From NCBI GenBank assembly GCA_013239625.1, contig MU053216.1:62001-126000 (forward strand): 64,000 nucleotides of DNA, written 5' to 3'. The notes beneath the pieces were generated by a model, which saw only the letters and a program-made list of their open reading frames with translations, was not told the DNA's origin and made no database searches. This DNA is from Lama guanicoe (lineage: Eukaryota). Positions 61,713-64,000 of the stretch are shown here, piece after piece (position 1 is the first letter of the stretch; each line of letters opens with the position of its first letter). The translations under genes and the position numbers were made by a program.

Positions 61713-62642
61713 ACCAAATTCTTGTCACCAAGTTTTCTTCATTGGCAGATTTTTAGCAGTCAGAGCTGTTTTGATTTATACTTTTTAATCTTAAGCTTTA
61801 TAGAGACATTTAGAATTAATTTTCCTAATTAGAATTTTTACTTGTTCACTAACCCTTGTTGAACATTGTAGTACTGTTCTGTGAAGATAGTTTTCATTTA
61901 AAATTCTTCCTTAATAATCATTTTTACATTTGGCTATAGAGCCAGGACACACCATCACCCCCTGCCCCCAAACATTCTTAAAATACAGTCTCAGGCTTTT
62001 GGTCATGTTGATTTCTTTTTCCTGTAACTGCCGTATGTAAAATATGACCCTTGAATGAAGCTGAACCAGGCTTCCTAGAAGGTATGGATGTTTTGTTTGT
62101 AATGAGTAACATTGGAATGTAAAGGAAAAAACCTAATGTCCAATAATAGGAAAAATTTAAAGTATCAATACAATGAAATATTAGATATTCATAGTATAGT
62201 AATAAGTAAAAGGCTATATAATTTTCTTTTGGTTTGAAATTATGAAGCATTTTAGAAAAATAATGAAGGATGTGTACCAAAATGTAGCAGGTTTTTCTCT
62301 GAGATTATGGCTAATTTTTTCTTTATATATTTTTCCTGAAATTTAAGTAATAAGTGTTACTTTTGTATTAGGAAAAAAAGTATTTTAAACCTATCCTATC
62401 CCCGTAACAGAATGTACAGTCAGGAAATTTTGCACAGTGGACATACAAGAAATGGCTTGATTAGTATAAAATACTGATATTATTTAACCATATGTAGGCT
62501 TGCCCACTACAGTGTTGTTTTTTAATGTTACAGAAGTTGAATTCCATTGCCATTCCAGCAGCTCCTCTCAGCAGATCCATTGTTAACTGCCTCTACCCCT
62601 GAATTAATATACCTAAAACGATCTTATAATAAGAAGCTCTTT

Positions 62643-62770
62643 GAGGGGAGGATGTAGCTCAGTGGTAAAGTGTAGGCTTAGCATTCCCAGTACCTCCATT
62701 ACAATGAGTAAACCTAATTACCACCTCCCCAAAATAAATAGATGAATGAATGAATAAATGAAAAAATTTT
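62643..62770 (+). mobile_element. tRNA-derived SINE (Vic-1-like) missing its B box
   Basis: ggggaggatgtagctcagtggtaaagtgtaggcttagcat joined to tcccagtacctcc; aagctcttt TSD. Confidence 0.8.
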
Positions 62771-63089
62771 AAAAGCTCTTTAAGCATGGAAATCTGACAG
62801 TATATTCTCTGACTTTAAAAAGCAAGATGCATGTATCAGTGCTGGAAAAAGAATACAGCAAACAATCAATTAATGGGCCTTGAATAGTATATACTAATTT
62901 ACGAATTCCATTTCATACAAATTTATAACGAAAATCAGAGAATCAAAACCATTGTTTAAAAAAAAGAAGGAAAAAACCATGTGTTAAACATAACCAGTCA
63001 AAAACAAAAACAAGATTGCATTAGACTTACTGGAAGCTATAAAGGTTTGCAACATGAAAATTTCCTAATCAATAACATTTTTTGACCAT

Positions 63090-63280
63090 TTACTTTCTAA
63101 ATGCCAGGCACCTGTCTAAAGGCTTTGCGGATATTACTTCATTTAAGCCTCATGGTTTCCTCTATTTACTTGTATCTAAGGTGCAGGGAAATTAACGTAT
63201 ATCAGAGCCACGCAGTAGAGTTAGGATTTGAACCCAGACAATGTGACTCAGAGCCTCCCCTCTTTAACGTCTGTTTCACT
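63090..63280 (-). mobile_element. MIR SINE
   Basis: atgccaggcac...tcatttaagcctca...gtagagttaggatttgaacccagacaatgtgactcagagcc. Confidence 0.7.
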
Positions 63281-64000
63281 GTACAGGAGAAGGCAGTGAC
63301 ATCACTGTGGTTTAAACCTGAGCAGTGAAGAAATGACAGATGAGGATGATATAGAGGAGCCCCCCCCCACTTTTTTTTACTTCATATACATTGATTGCTA
63401 TGACTTTCTTTATTGAGTTGAATGTATAAAATAGTGAATATACAGAAGGATTTAATGCAAAACATATATAACTATCTTTAAAAAGCCAGGATGCAAGTTA
63501 TAATAAAAAGTTCTTTTCTGTTCTCAATATACTGTTATTTCCTTTTTAATATTGCTTTCTTTTTTAAAGGTTTTATTTGTTTATGGTTATTCTAAAGTAT
63601 TTGCTATATTTAGGGGTGCCCTTTCACCTATGTAGAAACTACTGTGATGAAAAGTGCTAGTTGGCAGTTAGATATGAACTGGAGTCAGTCTGGAAGGGTA
63701 GGTTCCTTAAAGGTAGAGATCAGAGGCCAGATGCTCCTTGAAAGTTGAGGTTGCTTTGACTTCTTGCTAGAAAAAAATTGTATTTCAGTGATCAGAACTG
63801 AATGTAATGTAATACTTATTATTTTTGCTTTTTAATTTTTAAAAACCTTTGTATTTGTAATTTCTGTTCTCACCCTAGTCCTAAGGGTAGGTATTGTTTG
63901 TACTTTTCCGATGGAAAAGTTGGGATTCTTCAAGGGGTAAAGAACCAAAATGCAAACTCTGGTCTTCCGACTTTCAGTGCGTTGCTCTTCTTTTCTGTCC

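Overview
Mammalian genomic DNA, very probably camelid, judging by repeated tRNA-derived SINEs of the Vic-1 type. It is syntenic with the human KLHL12-RABIF-MGAT4EP-PCAT6-KDM5B region. On the + strand are the last seven coding exons of KLHL12 (18-10397), the complete two-exon RABIF/MSS4 gene (13964-18644, 123 aa), and KDM5B exon 1 (47011-47199) followed by about 17 kb of intron 1. The RABIF-KDM5B interval holds several dead or hidden elements. These are a heavily decayed but still intron-containing alpha-tubulin gene (about 27.6-31.9 kb, +, TUBA5P-like, essentially invisible in the ORF track) downstream of an orphan CpG island, a 3'-truncated U2 snRNA retrocopy with a target-site duplication, a disabled MGAT4E-like glycosyltransferase gene (-), and a second CpG island likely matching the PCAT6 lncRNA promoter. 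KDM5B intron 1 carries an antisense ANKRD26-family cDNA fragment fused directly to a LINE-1 segment that ends in a fold-back hairpin. All homology calls come from reading the sequence and from recalled family sequences; no searches were run. No wholly new biological system is demonstrated.
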